Source: Bacteroidales bacterium
Lineage (GTDB): Bacteria; Bacteroidota; Bacteroidia; Bacteroidales; WCHB1-69
Direction: 5' to 3'
Assembly: GCA_045116675.1 (NCBI GenBank)
Contig: JBGUMF010000063.1
Coordinates: 1-59,764 of the forward strand
DNA: 59,764 nucleotides
Shown here: positions 1 to 7,941 of the stretch, piece after piece
How the letters are laid out: the number at the start of each line of letters is the position of its first letter
Numbering within the stretch: position 1 is the stretch's first letter
Program-made: the position numbers and the translations under genes
The notes under the pieces: generated by a model
The model's input: the letters and a program-made list of their open reading frames with translations, nothing else
Told to the model about the DNA's origin: nothing
Database searches by the model: none

Positions 1-204
1 CCCGGCGACAAGATCAAGTTGCTGTTCCATTTCCGCTATGATGCCAAGGAGAACCGCTGGGTGGACGGCGAGATTTACGACCCGGTACACGGCAAGTTCT
101 ACAAGAGCCGGATGTGGTTCGAGAAGGAGAACGTGTTGCGCGTGCGCGGCTATATCGGCGTGCCTGCCTTCGGGCGCACGATGACGTGGAAAAAGATCGG
201 ATAA
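1..204 (+). CDS. DUF2147-family protein, C-terminal part (truncated by window start)
   Basis: Frame is open from base 1; W.DGEIYDP.HGK.Y and L.VRGYIG..AFGRT.TW motifs typical of DUF2147. Confidence 0.8.
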   Translation, partial: PGDKIKLLFHFRYDAKENRWVDGEIYDPVHGKFYKSRMWFEKENVLRVRGYIGVPAFGRTMTWKKIG

Positions 205-207
205 ATC

Positions 208-594
208 ATGGAAAAACTGGATGTCAGAATCGACAAATGGTTATGGATGGTGCGTTTGTTCAAGACGCGCTCCTTAGCTACGGAGGCCTGCAATGCAGGC
301 AAGGTGAAGCTTGACGGCACCAACGTGAAACCTTCGCGCGATGTGCGCACGGAGGAGGTTTATGAGGTGCACATCGGCTCACTCAACAAGACGGTGAAGG
401 TGCTCGGCACGCCCAAGAGCAGGGTGGGGGCGCCATTAGTGCCGCAATATATGGAGGACCTCACCCCGCAGGAGGAATACGACCGCATGAAAACACTCAA
501 AACCGCTGAATACCGTCCGCACGGTCTGGGCCGTCCCACCAAGCGCGACCGCCGGCAACTCGAGTATGTGAAAAGCCGGTACGCGGAGGAGTAG
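208..594 (+). CDS. hslR: Ribosome-associated heat shock protein Hsp15 (S4 RNA-binding domain)
   Basis: VRIDKWLWMVRLFKTRSLATEAC at the N-terminus and GRPTKRDRR at the C-terminus. Confidence 0.92.
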   Translation: MEKLDVRIDKWLWMVRLFKTRSLATEACNAGKVKLDGTNVKPSRDVRTEEVYEVHIGSLNKTVKVLGTPKSRVGAPLVPQYMEDLTPQEEYDRMKTLKTAEYRPHGLGRPTKRDRRQLEYVKSRYAEE

Positions 595-661
595 GAGTTT
601 TAGGGGGTATAGGTTTTAGGGGTTAGGTTATAGTGATCAGTGAACAGTGATCAGTGAACTG
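595..661. repeat. Degenerate short tandem repeats: GTTTTAGG-like units, then TGA(T/A)CAG heptamer x4
   Basis: gttttagg gggtatag gttttagg ggttagg; tgatcag tgaacag tgatcag tgaactg at 634-661. Confidence 0.65.
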
Positions 662-761
662 GGACTGTTTTTTTTATTTCTTAGTTTTTTAACTCCTTAA
701 TTCTCAACTTTTAAACAGTATCCATCAGCCTGTAAGGGCTGTGGGGTTCGCTTGTTTTCCT

Positions 762-920
762 GAACCCCGTAGGGGTTCCCTCTCTGTAGCACATTGCGTC
801 CCGACGATTTCCGCAGAACCCCGTTAGGGGTTCCATCTCGGTAGAAAGAAGATGGTATTGCGTGTTTCCCATATCCCCGTAGGGGATGCAGCTCGATAGC
901 CTGGGATGATTATCCTCGGG
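762..920 (+). repeat. REP-like array A: three units of [CCCC-GTA-GGGG hairpin + ~8 nt + GTAG] plus a terminal hairpin
   Basis: Units at 762-789, 816-844 and 873-899 (period 54-57 bp); 859-919 aligns closely with 41981-42041. Confidence 0.8.
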
Positions 921-1096
921 AAAGATGGCGTGTGCCGCAACGCAAACGCAGGTGTCAGAGATACTACATCTTTTTAACCCCAGATGAGCGTAGCGCGCCA
1001 CCACAGCTACGCACCTTTGCTTTTTTGAACATCAGCCATTGTATTGTCGGCGGGTACGGGGAACATGCACAATTCGTTCAATCCGCGTTCCAGAAC

Positions 1097-2185
1097 CTAA
1101 AATGCTCTTACTGCACGAACAGCCACTTCTTTGTTTTTTTTCTCACCCGATTGTGATCCACCACAGCTGATATTGATTGCCTCACAATAATTATTTTCAG
1201 AACTACTCCAATACCATTCCTTATCAATAGGATCTCCACCGGCATAAACAAGTGCCGCATTCAGCAAACCTTTTTTGTTTGCCTCAAATATCAATAATAA
1301 TTCGCATGAATTAGGAAGATACCATCCTTCACCATGTGATACACACCATTCTGCTGCAGGGGCATCACTTTTGCCTATTTGTCGGATAATAGCAGCAGTA
1401 TTTTTTTGTCCAGCCCCATAGATACACTCATTTTCATCACCATCATTAGGCAATTCCCAAATATCATGACATCCTTTAGCTTGCTTCTCATCCTCCCACT
1501 TGAGACTTGCTTCATCTAACGATACGGCAAGCCCATGATTGTCTTTTCCCGTATAAAAAACTATTCCCATTGTTCCATCAGGAAATGTTTTCACAGGAAA
1601 AGAAGATTGAGAAGATTCTTGTATGTTAGATGGATTCTGCGGACGTGATTGGACTTGTTGCGTAGGAGATGTAGTTGTAACTGAGGCTACATATGATTGA
1701 GGAGATGAAATCCCCAACAACTTATTAGCAAGGACTTCACACCCATGCTGAATGTCTGACGGTGCTGTGCTTGTCAAAGCATTATCTGTTGCTTCCATTT
1801 TGGCAGTTTCAACATTTAAAATTTTTGCAGTAATGAAAATATTTTGTTCATCAACATTTACTGCCTCCGCCACTAGTATATATTGAGCTCCTGTAATTTT
1901 TCCAAGCCTTTTGATATCTTCATCACTAACCATGCCTGTACGTTGAAAAGTCTGCTCATCCGATATCTGCTTCATATCGGTACGATCGTAACCTTCATAC
2001 CCAGGCGTATTGGTAATAACTTTGGCAAGGTTGCTTCGTATCATCAACTTGATGGCATACGACACATTTCCGTTTTTGTCAACGGTTTCCAATATGGCCA
2101 CTTTCTTGGTTTGTGCAAAAGCCGTCATCGATAAGAGTGACAGCAATACAATAAGAATTGATTTGATTTTTGCGTTTTTATTCAT
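1097..2185 (-). CDS. Secreted protein: CsgG/LpoB-like N-terminal domain, S/T/Q linker, DUF1566/Lcl-like C-type-lectin-fold C-terminal domain
   Basis: Signal peptide ending AFAQ; EQTFQRTGMVSDEDIKRLGKITGAQY; WYLPNSCEL, YWSSSE and VRAVRAF motifs. Confidence 0.7.
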   Translation of the reverse strand: MNKNAKIKSILIVLLSLLSMTAFAQTKKVAILETVDKNGNVSYAIKLMIRSNLAKVITNTPGYEGYDRTDMKQISDEQTFQRTGMVSDEDIKRLGKITGAQYILVAEAVNVDEQNIFITAKILNVETAKMEATDNALTSTAPSDIQHGCEVLANKLLGISSPQSYVASVTTTSPTQQVQSRPQNPSNIQESSQSSFPVKTFPDGTMGIVFYTGKDNHGLAVSLDEASLKWEDEKQAKGCHDIWELPNDGDENECIYGAGQKNTAAIIRQIGKSDAPAAEWCVSHGEGWYLPNSCELLLIFEANKKGLLNAALVYAGGDPIDKEWYWSSSENNYCEAINISCGGSQSGEKKNKEVAVRAVRAF

Positions 2186-2222
2186 TATTTTTACAAATTG
2201 TAATTATTATGCGGATTTGTTA

Positions 2223-3302
2223 TCACTGTCCTTGTATCCACGGTTTGATTTCATTCCAAACTTTAGAGGCTGCCAGTTTCAAGGCATTGCGGCCGGCACT
2301 TTCGTACGTTGCCACATCACCATTATTCTTTTCGCTCACCTGACCGTTATAAACCTGTTTTCTCTTATAGTTGCTAAAAACTTCCACCTCCACATCGGCA
2401 TAGGAGAATTTGAAGGTGCCGTCGCCGAAAGCCACATTTCCCTCATGTTGGCGAGTGGTGGCTGTAATCGTGATTTTGAAATCAGCCTCGTCAGGATCCT
2501 CGGCAAAACTGCACTGCTCTTTGGCGAGAATACGTTTCATCTCAGGTTCCAGTATGCGCACTGGTTGCCCGAAATTCGTTTCGGAGCACTGCAAATAGAT
2601 GTAGATACTTTGCTCCAAGCTGGCAAGAGTTTGAAAAAGTTCCTTTTTCAGGCGGAAAAGCTGATGCAATCTCATGCCTGTTGTGTCACCGGGACAAACG
2701 GCGGTGAGCAGGTCTTGAGCGAACTCAATTTTCGCTAATGGTTGTAGTGCGTCTTCACATGCTTTCCGAGCCTTTGCTTTCTGTCTGTCGTTAACGAAAG
2801 TGGCAGACAACGCAAGTGCATTCTCCAATTGCTGGAGTTGCAAGGCAATTTGCGCTCTATAGTAAGTTGCAAGCTCTGTTTTCTTCACATAGGCGAATGC
2901 ATAACCCCATTTCCGTCCTTCGTCATAGTAGGGTTCGGTGTGGATGCTAGCAATGTCGGCCTGCACCGATTGACGAGTATAGTCCTGATAGACAGAGGTG
3001 AACTGAAAATCTTGAACGTAGGTCTCCTGCCGGTCCGTCTTCTCCACCACCGAATGGATGAGGGTTCGAATGCTACCCGCTGCCCCACGTTTGGCATCCG
3101 ACTTCAGCCGATCTAACAAGGCGGAAACGTTCTCATTGGGGCGGAGATTCCCTTCGGTGAACTCCGAGAAGTACGCTGTTGTCGGATATTCCATTTCACG
3201 CACGGCGGGTGAAAGCCACGCGGGAGGTGGCGTTTGTGCCGACAAGCTTAATGGAATGCAACCCATTAACACCAAGATGAATATTTCAATGTTTTTTCTC
3301 AT
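2223..3302 (-). CDS. Secreted LPP20-like hypothetical protein
   Basis: Signal peptide; PAW motif followed by the AK..AA.SI...I.S helix pattern of LPP20-like domains; 359-aa ORF. Confidence 0.55.
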   Translation of the reverse strand: MRKNIEIFILVLMGCIPLSLSAQTPPPAWLSPAVREMEYPTTAYFSEFTEGNLRPNENVSALLDRLKSDAKRGAAGSIRTLIHSVVEKTDRQETYVQDFQFTSVYQDYTRQSVQADIASIHTEPYYDEGRKWGYAFAYVKKTELATYYRAQIALQLQQLENALALSATFVNDRQKAKARKACEDALQPLAKIEFAQDLLTAVCPGDTTGMRLHQLFRLKKELFQTLASLEQSIYIYLQCSETNFGQPVRILEPEMKRILAKEQCSFAEDPDEADFKITITATTRQHEGNVAFGDGTFKFSYADVEVEVFSNYKRKQVYNGQVSEKNNGDVATYESAGRNALKLAASKVWNEIKPWIQGQ

Positions 3303-3371
3303 AATTTGTTTGTTGTTTATCGTTTGCCCGCAGACCTACGGCCTGCGAACGAGACCCGGGTTCCCCATTTG

Positions 3372-3452
3372 CTACCGAGCTGTCGCCCCTAACGGGGCTT
3401 GGGGGCGTGGTGGCGTACCCTGTTCTACCGAGCTGTCGCCCCTTGTGGGGCT
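3372..3452 (-). repeat. REP-like array B: two near-identical units CTACCGAGCTGTCGCCCCT(AAC/TGT)GGGGCT
   Basis: Copies at 3372-3399 and 3425-3452 (period 53); inverted relative to array A. Confidence 0.85.
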
Positions 3453-3510
3453 GGGAGGGGAACGAAATCCTACGGTTTTGCTGTGATTTTCTCCCTGACG
3501 GAGTCTTCGC

Positions 3511-3588
3511 AGTCCGTTAGGACTGCAGGACTCGGTAGGGTGTGGTGTTGTGGGTGGGTGTGTCGCACGCCGTCAGGTGTGCGGGCAT
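3511..3588 (+). repeat. REP-like array C (subfamily 2), reverse-complement homologue of 43677-43751
   Basis: Reverse complement reads ATGCCCGCACACCTGACGGCGTGCG...CTACCGAGTCCTGCAGTCCTAACGGACT. Confidence 0.8.
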
Positions 3589-3600
3589 CCATCCCCTCGG

Positions 3601-5064
3601 TTAGAACCGCAACGACAGCCCCGCACCAAATGTGTTGTTCCCGCCGTAATATGGGGTAACTTGCCAAGAAACGGTGCGCTGGTCGCCGTTGATGTAGTAA
3701 TTGTAGCTTTTCTTCAAAGGATGGTTGAGACAACACAATTGTATCAAACCTGTTACCATCATAGGGAGTCCGGCTACCCAAATTCCTGTCCAATCAGTAT
3801 TATCCTCCCAGAAATCGTATCTATGAAAAGTCACTGTAGTGCCAGATATGTAATAAGAATCAGCTCGTATTGCAGCCTCAAGTGCAAAATCATAATAATA
3901 ATTAGGATGGGAGTGATTTCTACAATAATCTTCAAATGTAGAGTAGGAGAAGTTGTCAAAGTCGTAGTCTGGGAATTCCGCACGTTTGTATACCTTTTCG
4001 TCGTGGCCAGCTATACCTTGCGCTATAATACCACCTATAAAAAATCCAGTTCCAATAGAAAGAATTACAGCTCCCGAAATCATATTTGCCTTATACGACC
4101 GATACTTCTTATACGCCAAACTGTTGATCTCAAGAAATCCTCCTTTTTCCTTGATTACTTTTTTTTTGTAGTCTTTGAATCCATCCTTGAATTCCGAGCT
4201 TGCTTGTTCCTTTTCTGCCCTTGCATCCGTTCTTGCTCTTTCTTTTTCCGCTCTGACTTCGGCTACTGTGAGGTTGCCACTCTGTTGGGAGGACACGTCA
4301 GACCTTTCAGGCTGGGTCGGCACATTAGAGGGAGCCTTTTCAGACTTTGGTGTTGTTTCCGTTTGAGCAGGACTATCAGAAGACAAATCAGATGATTTTG
4401 GTGCTGTTTCACGCTGGATAGTGACATCCGATTTTGGCGATGCCTCCTGCTGGGTCGGAACATCAGAAGTGGTCTTGGCTTGTTTAGGTTTTTCCGAAGG
4501 TATGGTTGGGGTGACAGGTGCCGCCTTCGTTTTTATGGAAGCAGCCATCATATTGTTCAAGGCCCTATCCAACGTTTGTGTCAAAAGGGGGATGTTGTTG
4601 GATTTGTAATTGCTCACTTGTGCATCGCCGGACTCATAGGAGGTTTTAGTAGCCACATCCACAATACGGGTAGCGATATAGAGGTATTTTTCGATAATTG
4701 TTATGCTCACCACACAGATTTTCTGTGCACCCAATCCGGCACCAATTTCGGCAATCTGACCATCGGCCACCTCCCCCGACTGTTGCATAACCTGCTCATT
4801 CTGAATCTGCCGCAAAAACTCGTTAGAACGCTCTATCAACCGATAGTTACCTTCTCCTGTGAGCTTGGTGATGGTCTTGTTCTGCACCACCGTCAACAAG
4901 GAGGTGGATATCGGCTGGTCGTTCTGCAAACCTGTAGCATACACAGCCAGGTTGTAACGCTCGTTGTCGCCCGTGGTTTGGGCGAGGATGGTATTTGTCA
5001 AACTAGCCAAAAAGGAAAGCATCAGAAAGAGCAGCGTTTTTTTTGAAATGATTCTTTTCATCAC
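3601..5064 (-). CDS. Secreted or outer-membrane protein: CsgG/LpoB-like N-terminal domain, Pro/Ser/Thr repeat linker, hydrophobic C-terminal region ending in Phe
   Basis: IERSNEFLRQIQNEQVMQQSGEVADGQIAEIGAGLGAQ motif; C-terminal GAGLSLRF. Confidence 0.65.
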   Translation of the reverse strand: MMKRIISKKTLLFLMLSFLASLTNTILAQTTGDNERYNLAVYATGLQNDQPISTSLLTVVQNKTITKLTGEGNYRLIERSNEFLRQIQNEQVMQQSGEVADGQIAEIGAGLGAQKICVVSITIIEKYLYIATRIVDVATKTSYESGDAQVSNYKSNNIPLLTQTLDRALNNMMAASIKTKAAPVTPTIPSEKPKQAKTTSDVPTQQEASPKSDVTIQRETAPKSSDLSSDSPAQTETTPKSEKAPSNVPTQPERSDVSSQQSGNLTVAEVRAEKERARTDARAEKEQASSEFKDGFKDYKKKVIKEKGGFLEINSLAYKKYRSYKANMISGAVILSIGTGFFIGGIIAQGIAGHDEKVYKRAEFPDYDFDNFSYSTFEDYCRNHSHPNYYYDFALEAAIRADSYYISGTTVTFHRYDFWEDNTDWTGIWVAGLPMMVTGLIQLCCLNHPLKKSYNYYINGDQRTVSWQVTPYYGGNNTFGAGLSLRF

Positions 5065-5105
5065 TAATTACTAACTACTAATTACTAACTACTAATTACT
5101 AATTA
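5064..5105. repeat. Heptamer tandem repeat CTAA(T/C)TA x6 filling the intergenic gap
   Basis: ctaatta ctaacta ctaatta ctaacta ctaatta ctaatta. Confidence 0.9.
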
Positions 5106-5786
5106 TCAGAACCCTAACAACTTATCCAACTCTTTAGATAACTCATCTCCTCTCTTCTCCAACTCCTCCTTCGCAGCCTTCTTGGCGGCTTGGATGGCCA
5201 TCTCGCCGTTGTACATGATCATCACCATCACCTCATAGTTCTTGTTCTTGAGTTCGCGATAACATTCCACCACGGTAATCACGCGGCCGATAGATTGGGC
5301 GATTACCTGCTTGGAAACTTGAACGGAATTGGAGATCGCCACAGCCTCATCCTTGCCCAACTCTTGATTTGCCAGCCGTTCCTCTATGATGGCACCCACC
5401 TCGGTTTGTATGTTGCCGGCGAGCTCTGTCTTCGCGTCCGCCATGGCGTGCATCTTGGCAGCATCATAACTGGAGCTGATGGCCTTGCCATTACCTTTGA
5501 TGTATTTGGGCATATTGTTGTTCATGTCCAACTCATACTGCATCGTATAAGATTTTTCCAACTGCTTTGCAATTGGAAGCGAGCCAACGGTTACTTTCCA
5601 ACCCTCTTTGGCATACTTCTTGGCCATCTTTTTGACCTCTTTAGACACTTTTTCGTCACGTTCTTGCTTCACCAATTTCTGAACGGCCTTGCGCTCTTTG
5701 ATAAAGGCTTTGTAGTCGTCGGCGTTTTGGGCAGAAACCACGCCAGCCATGAGCAGGCTCATGAACATAATTGCTAACTTTTTCAT
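5106..5786 (-). CDS. Conserved Bacteroidales LPP20-like secreted protein
   Basis: Signal peptide; KEGWKV..GSLPI.KQLE and Y.AAK..A...AK.ELAG.I.T.V motifs. Confidence 0.7.
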   Translation of the reverse strand: MKKLAIMFMSLLMAGVVSAQNADDYKAFIKERKAVQKLVKQERDEKVSKEVKKMAKKYAKEGWKVTVGSLPIAKQLEKSYTMQYELDMNNNMPKYIKGNGKAISSSYDAAKMHAMADAKTELAGNIQTEVGAIIEERLANQELGKDEAVAISNSVQVSKQVIAQSIGRVITVVECYRELKNKNYEVMVMIMYNGEMAIQAAKKAAKEELEKRGDELSKELDKLLGF

Positions 5787-5852
5787 TTTTATTCTTTTTT
5801 ATGCCGTTCCGCGGACTCCCTGCGCGGAATCTTTATTGTTGATTGTCAAACC

Positions 5853-6113
5853 ACGACATAAAAAAAGCGCGGGAATCTGAACTCATCTCTCATCCCGCTT
5901 CTGTAGGCCTTCGCATTGCCTTCCAACCGAGAATAAGCAATGCCGAAGCCCACGCTGTATGCATATAAATGGATATACACAAACCAGGGACATTGAACAT
6001 TGCCTTACCGTGCGGTTGGAAATGAATTTGCGAAGTCCACAGAAGCCGCAGATAAGACGTTGACTCAACGCCTTTTTATATGTCGTTTTTCTACAGATAG
6101 ATGTAGAAAAACG
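5853..6113 (-). ncRNA. Candidate long structured 5' leader (cis-regulatory RNA) of the LPP20/CsgG operon
   Basis: Perfect 12-bp hairpin at 6084-6113; long imperfect inverted repeat pairing 5853-5942 with 5998-6086; promoter box directly upstream. Confidence 0.55.
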
Positions 6114-6116
6114 GTG

Positions 6117-6124
6117 CAAAAGTA
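6117..6124 (-). promoter_or_regulatory. Bacteroidota -7 promoter box TACTTTTG
   Basis: Matches the TAnnTTTG consensus, oriented toward the 5106-5786 gene. Confidence 0.7.
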
Positions 6125-6199
6125 CAAAAAATAAAAAATGAATGCAGAAAAAAGTTTTGTCCGCATCAACGTGCAACATGTTACCTTATGGCATTCCCT

Positions 6200-6889
6200 T
6201 CAGAACCGTGTCCCCAGGCCCACATTGAGCAGGCCTTTGTAGCCGTAACCTAACTCCACCGTGCCGTATACCCGCTTGCCGAAGCGTACGCCCAAAATGG
6301 TAAGCTGGAACGCAGGCCCCGCCGTTATGGCGATGGTACCATCGTGTTTGGTGGTCTCCATACGCAGTTTGGCCCCGAGAGAGATGCCGGAATACAGGTC
6401 GGTAATCCCTTTGTGGAAATAGTTAAAGCGAACCGCCCCCAGCATATACAGGTTTGTAGTCAGAAAATATTCGTATGTTTTTCCCTCCCAGGTTTTTTCC
6501 GTTGTACATAATGACATGGTGGAAATCTCTGCCCCGACTTGCAGCCAGCGTAGCACTTGGTTGTAGTAAGCCACCGTCACGGGAAATAAGATCCACTCGT
6601 CCTCATACCCGCTGTACGGACCGCCCAAATAGGGCCGGTAGGTGCCCGCCCAGCTATGGAAGCGCTCTTCCGCCTCCGGGCTGTGGTCCACAAACATCGT
6701 GTTCAGTCCCCAGGCACTGGACAGCGGCTCGCCGACCTGCAACTCTATGTGGTGGCGATATGATGGCGTTGTGGAGGAGGTTTGCGCCACGGACGGCAAG
6801 TATGTAACTGCCAAAAATAGAATGGCAATAAAAATAACGCTTCCCTTATAATGAAACAATCTTTCTATGGTGAAATGTTTTTTCATCAT
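6200..6889 (-). CDS. Small outer-membrane beta-barrel protein
   Basis: Signal-like N-terminus; amphipathic strands; LYSG..LG, FQ....G.RFG and ELGYGYKG motifs; terminal RF; start taken at ATG 6889. Confidence 0.75.
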   Translation of the reverse strand: MMKKHFTIERLFHYKGSVIFIAILFLAVTYLPSVAQTSSTTPSYRHHIELQVGEPLSSAWGLNTMFVDHSPEAEERFHSWAGTYRPYLGGPYSGYEDEWILFPVTVAYYNQVLRWLQVGAEISTMSLCTTEKTWEGKTYEYFLTTNLYMLGAVRFNYFHKGITDLYSGISLGAKLRMETTKHDGTIAITAGPAFQLTILGVRFGKRVYGTVELGYGYKGLLNVGLGTRF

Positions 6890-6962
6890 GATGGCATTAT
6901 TATGATTGTAATCCGTTAATGAACTACCGAGCTTTAGCCTCTGACGGGGCTGGTTCAAGAAC

Positions 6963-7011
6963 AATTATCAATTATTAATTATTAATTATTAATTATTAAT
7001 TATTAATTATA
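6963..7011. repeat. Heptamer tandem repeat (AATTATT) x7
   Basis: Five perfect and two one-mismatch units immediately after the nadA stop codon. Confidence 0.9.
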
Positions 7012-7926
7012 TTAACTCATCTCCAACATCCGCTGTATCGGCACCAGTGCCTGTTTGCGTAGTTCCTCGTCCATCAGCAGCTCGGGCTGTTCGGTGAGCA
7101 GGGCGTTATAAATGTTCTCCAAGTTGTTCTTCTTCATGTTCACGCAGTCGCGTTCCGGTTGGCCGGGGTAGAGGGTGTATAATATCTTGTCGGGATTGCG
7201 GCGCTGCATCTCGTACAGGATGCCACTCTCGGTCACTACGATGAACTCCTTGACTTCGCTTTCGCCAATGAAGTTGAGCATGGCGGCGGTGGAGCCGATG
7301 AAATCGACCTGCTCCAGCATTTCGCGGCGACATTCGGGGTGCGCCACCACCAACGCCTCGGGATGCTCGGCCTTCATCTTCTCCAACTGCTCCACCTCGT
7401 AATGGTCGTGTACGCAGCATGCGCCGTCCCATAACAGCATCTCGCGTCCCGTCATCCGGTTGATGTAGTCGCCCAAGTTGCCGTCGGGCACGAAGATGAT
7501 CTTCTCGTCTTCGGGCAGCTGGTTCACCAACTTCAGCGCGTTGCCGGAGGTGACGATGAGATCGGAGAGGGCCTTCACCGCTGCACTGCAGTTAACGTAT
7601 GACAGCACCTTGTAGCCCGGGTGTTTGGCCTTGTATTCCGCTAATTTCTCCGCCTTGCAGCTGTCTGCTAATGAGCAGCCCGCGCTCATGTCGGGCACCA
7701 GCACCTTCTTGGTGGGGTTGAGGATCTTGGCGGTCTCGGCCATGAAATGCACGCCGGCAAAGAGGATGATGTCGGCGTCCGTTTCGGCAGCCTTGCGCGC
7801 CAGTCCCAGACTGTCGCCCACGAAGTCGGCCACCTCCTGCACTTCCGGCAGGGTGTAGTAATGTGCCAGGATGATGGCGTTCTTTTCTTTCTTTAATGTC
7901 TCAATTTCTTGCTTTAAATTGTTCAT
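7012..7926 (-). CDS. nadA: Quinolinate synthase
   Basis: ILAHYY, GVHFMAETAKILNP, AGCSLA, YVN, AHPEC motifs and three Fe-S cysteines. Confidence 0.97.
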   Translation of the reverse strand: MNNLKQEIETLKKEKNAIILAHYYTLPEVQEVADFVGDSLGLARKAAETDADIILFAGVHFMAETAKILNPTKKVLVPDMSAGCSLADSCKAEKLAEYKAKHPGYKVLSYVNCSAAVKALSDLIVTSGNALKLVNQLPEDEKIIFVPDGNLGDYINRMTGREMLLWDGACCVHDHYEVEQLEKMKAEHPEALVVAHPECRREMLEQVDFIGSTAAMLNFIGESEVKEFIVVTESGILYEMQRRNPDKILYTLYPGQPERDCVNMKKNNLENIYNALLTEQPELLMDEELRKQALVPIQRMLEMS

Positions 7927-7941
7927 AACTATATTTTGTGA

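Noticed and set aside
762-920. CRISPR array interpretation of the ~54-bp-period repeats (also 3372-3452 and 41889-42041)
   Set aside because: Only 2-3 divergent units per array, dispersed in both orientations, with no leader and no cas genes; REP-like repeats fit better.
711-1156. Small ORFs 711-1004 and 932-1156
   Set aside because: They run through REP-like repeats and have no recognisable protein motifs; probably spurious.
1097-1230. Diversity-generating retroelement target (DUF1566/Lcl-like C-terminus)
   Set aside because: No reverse transcriptase and no second copy differing at adenines (template repeat) in this window; a remote DGR cannot be excluded.
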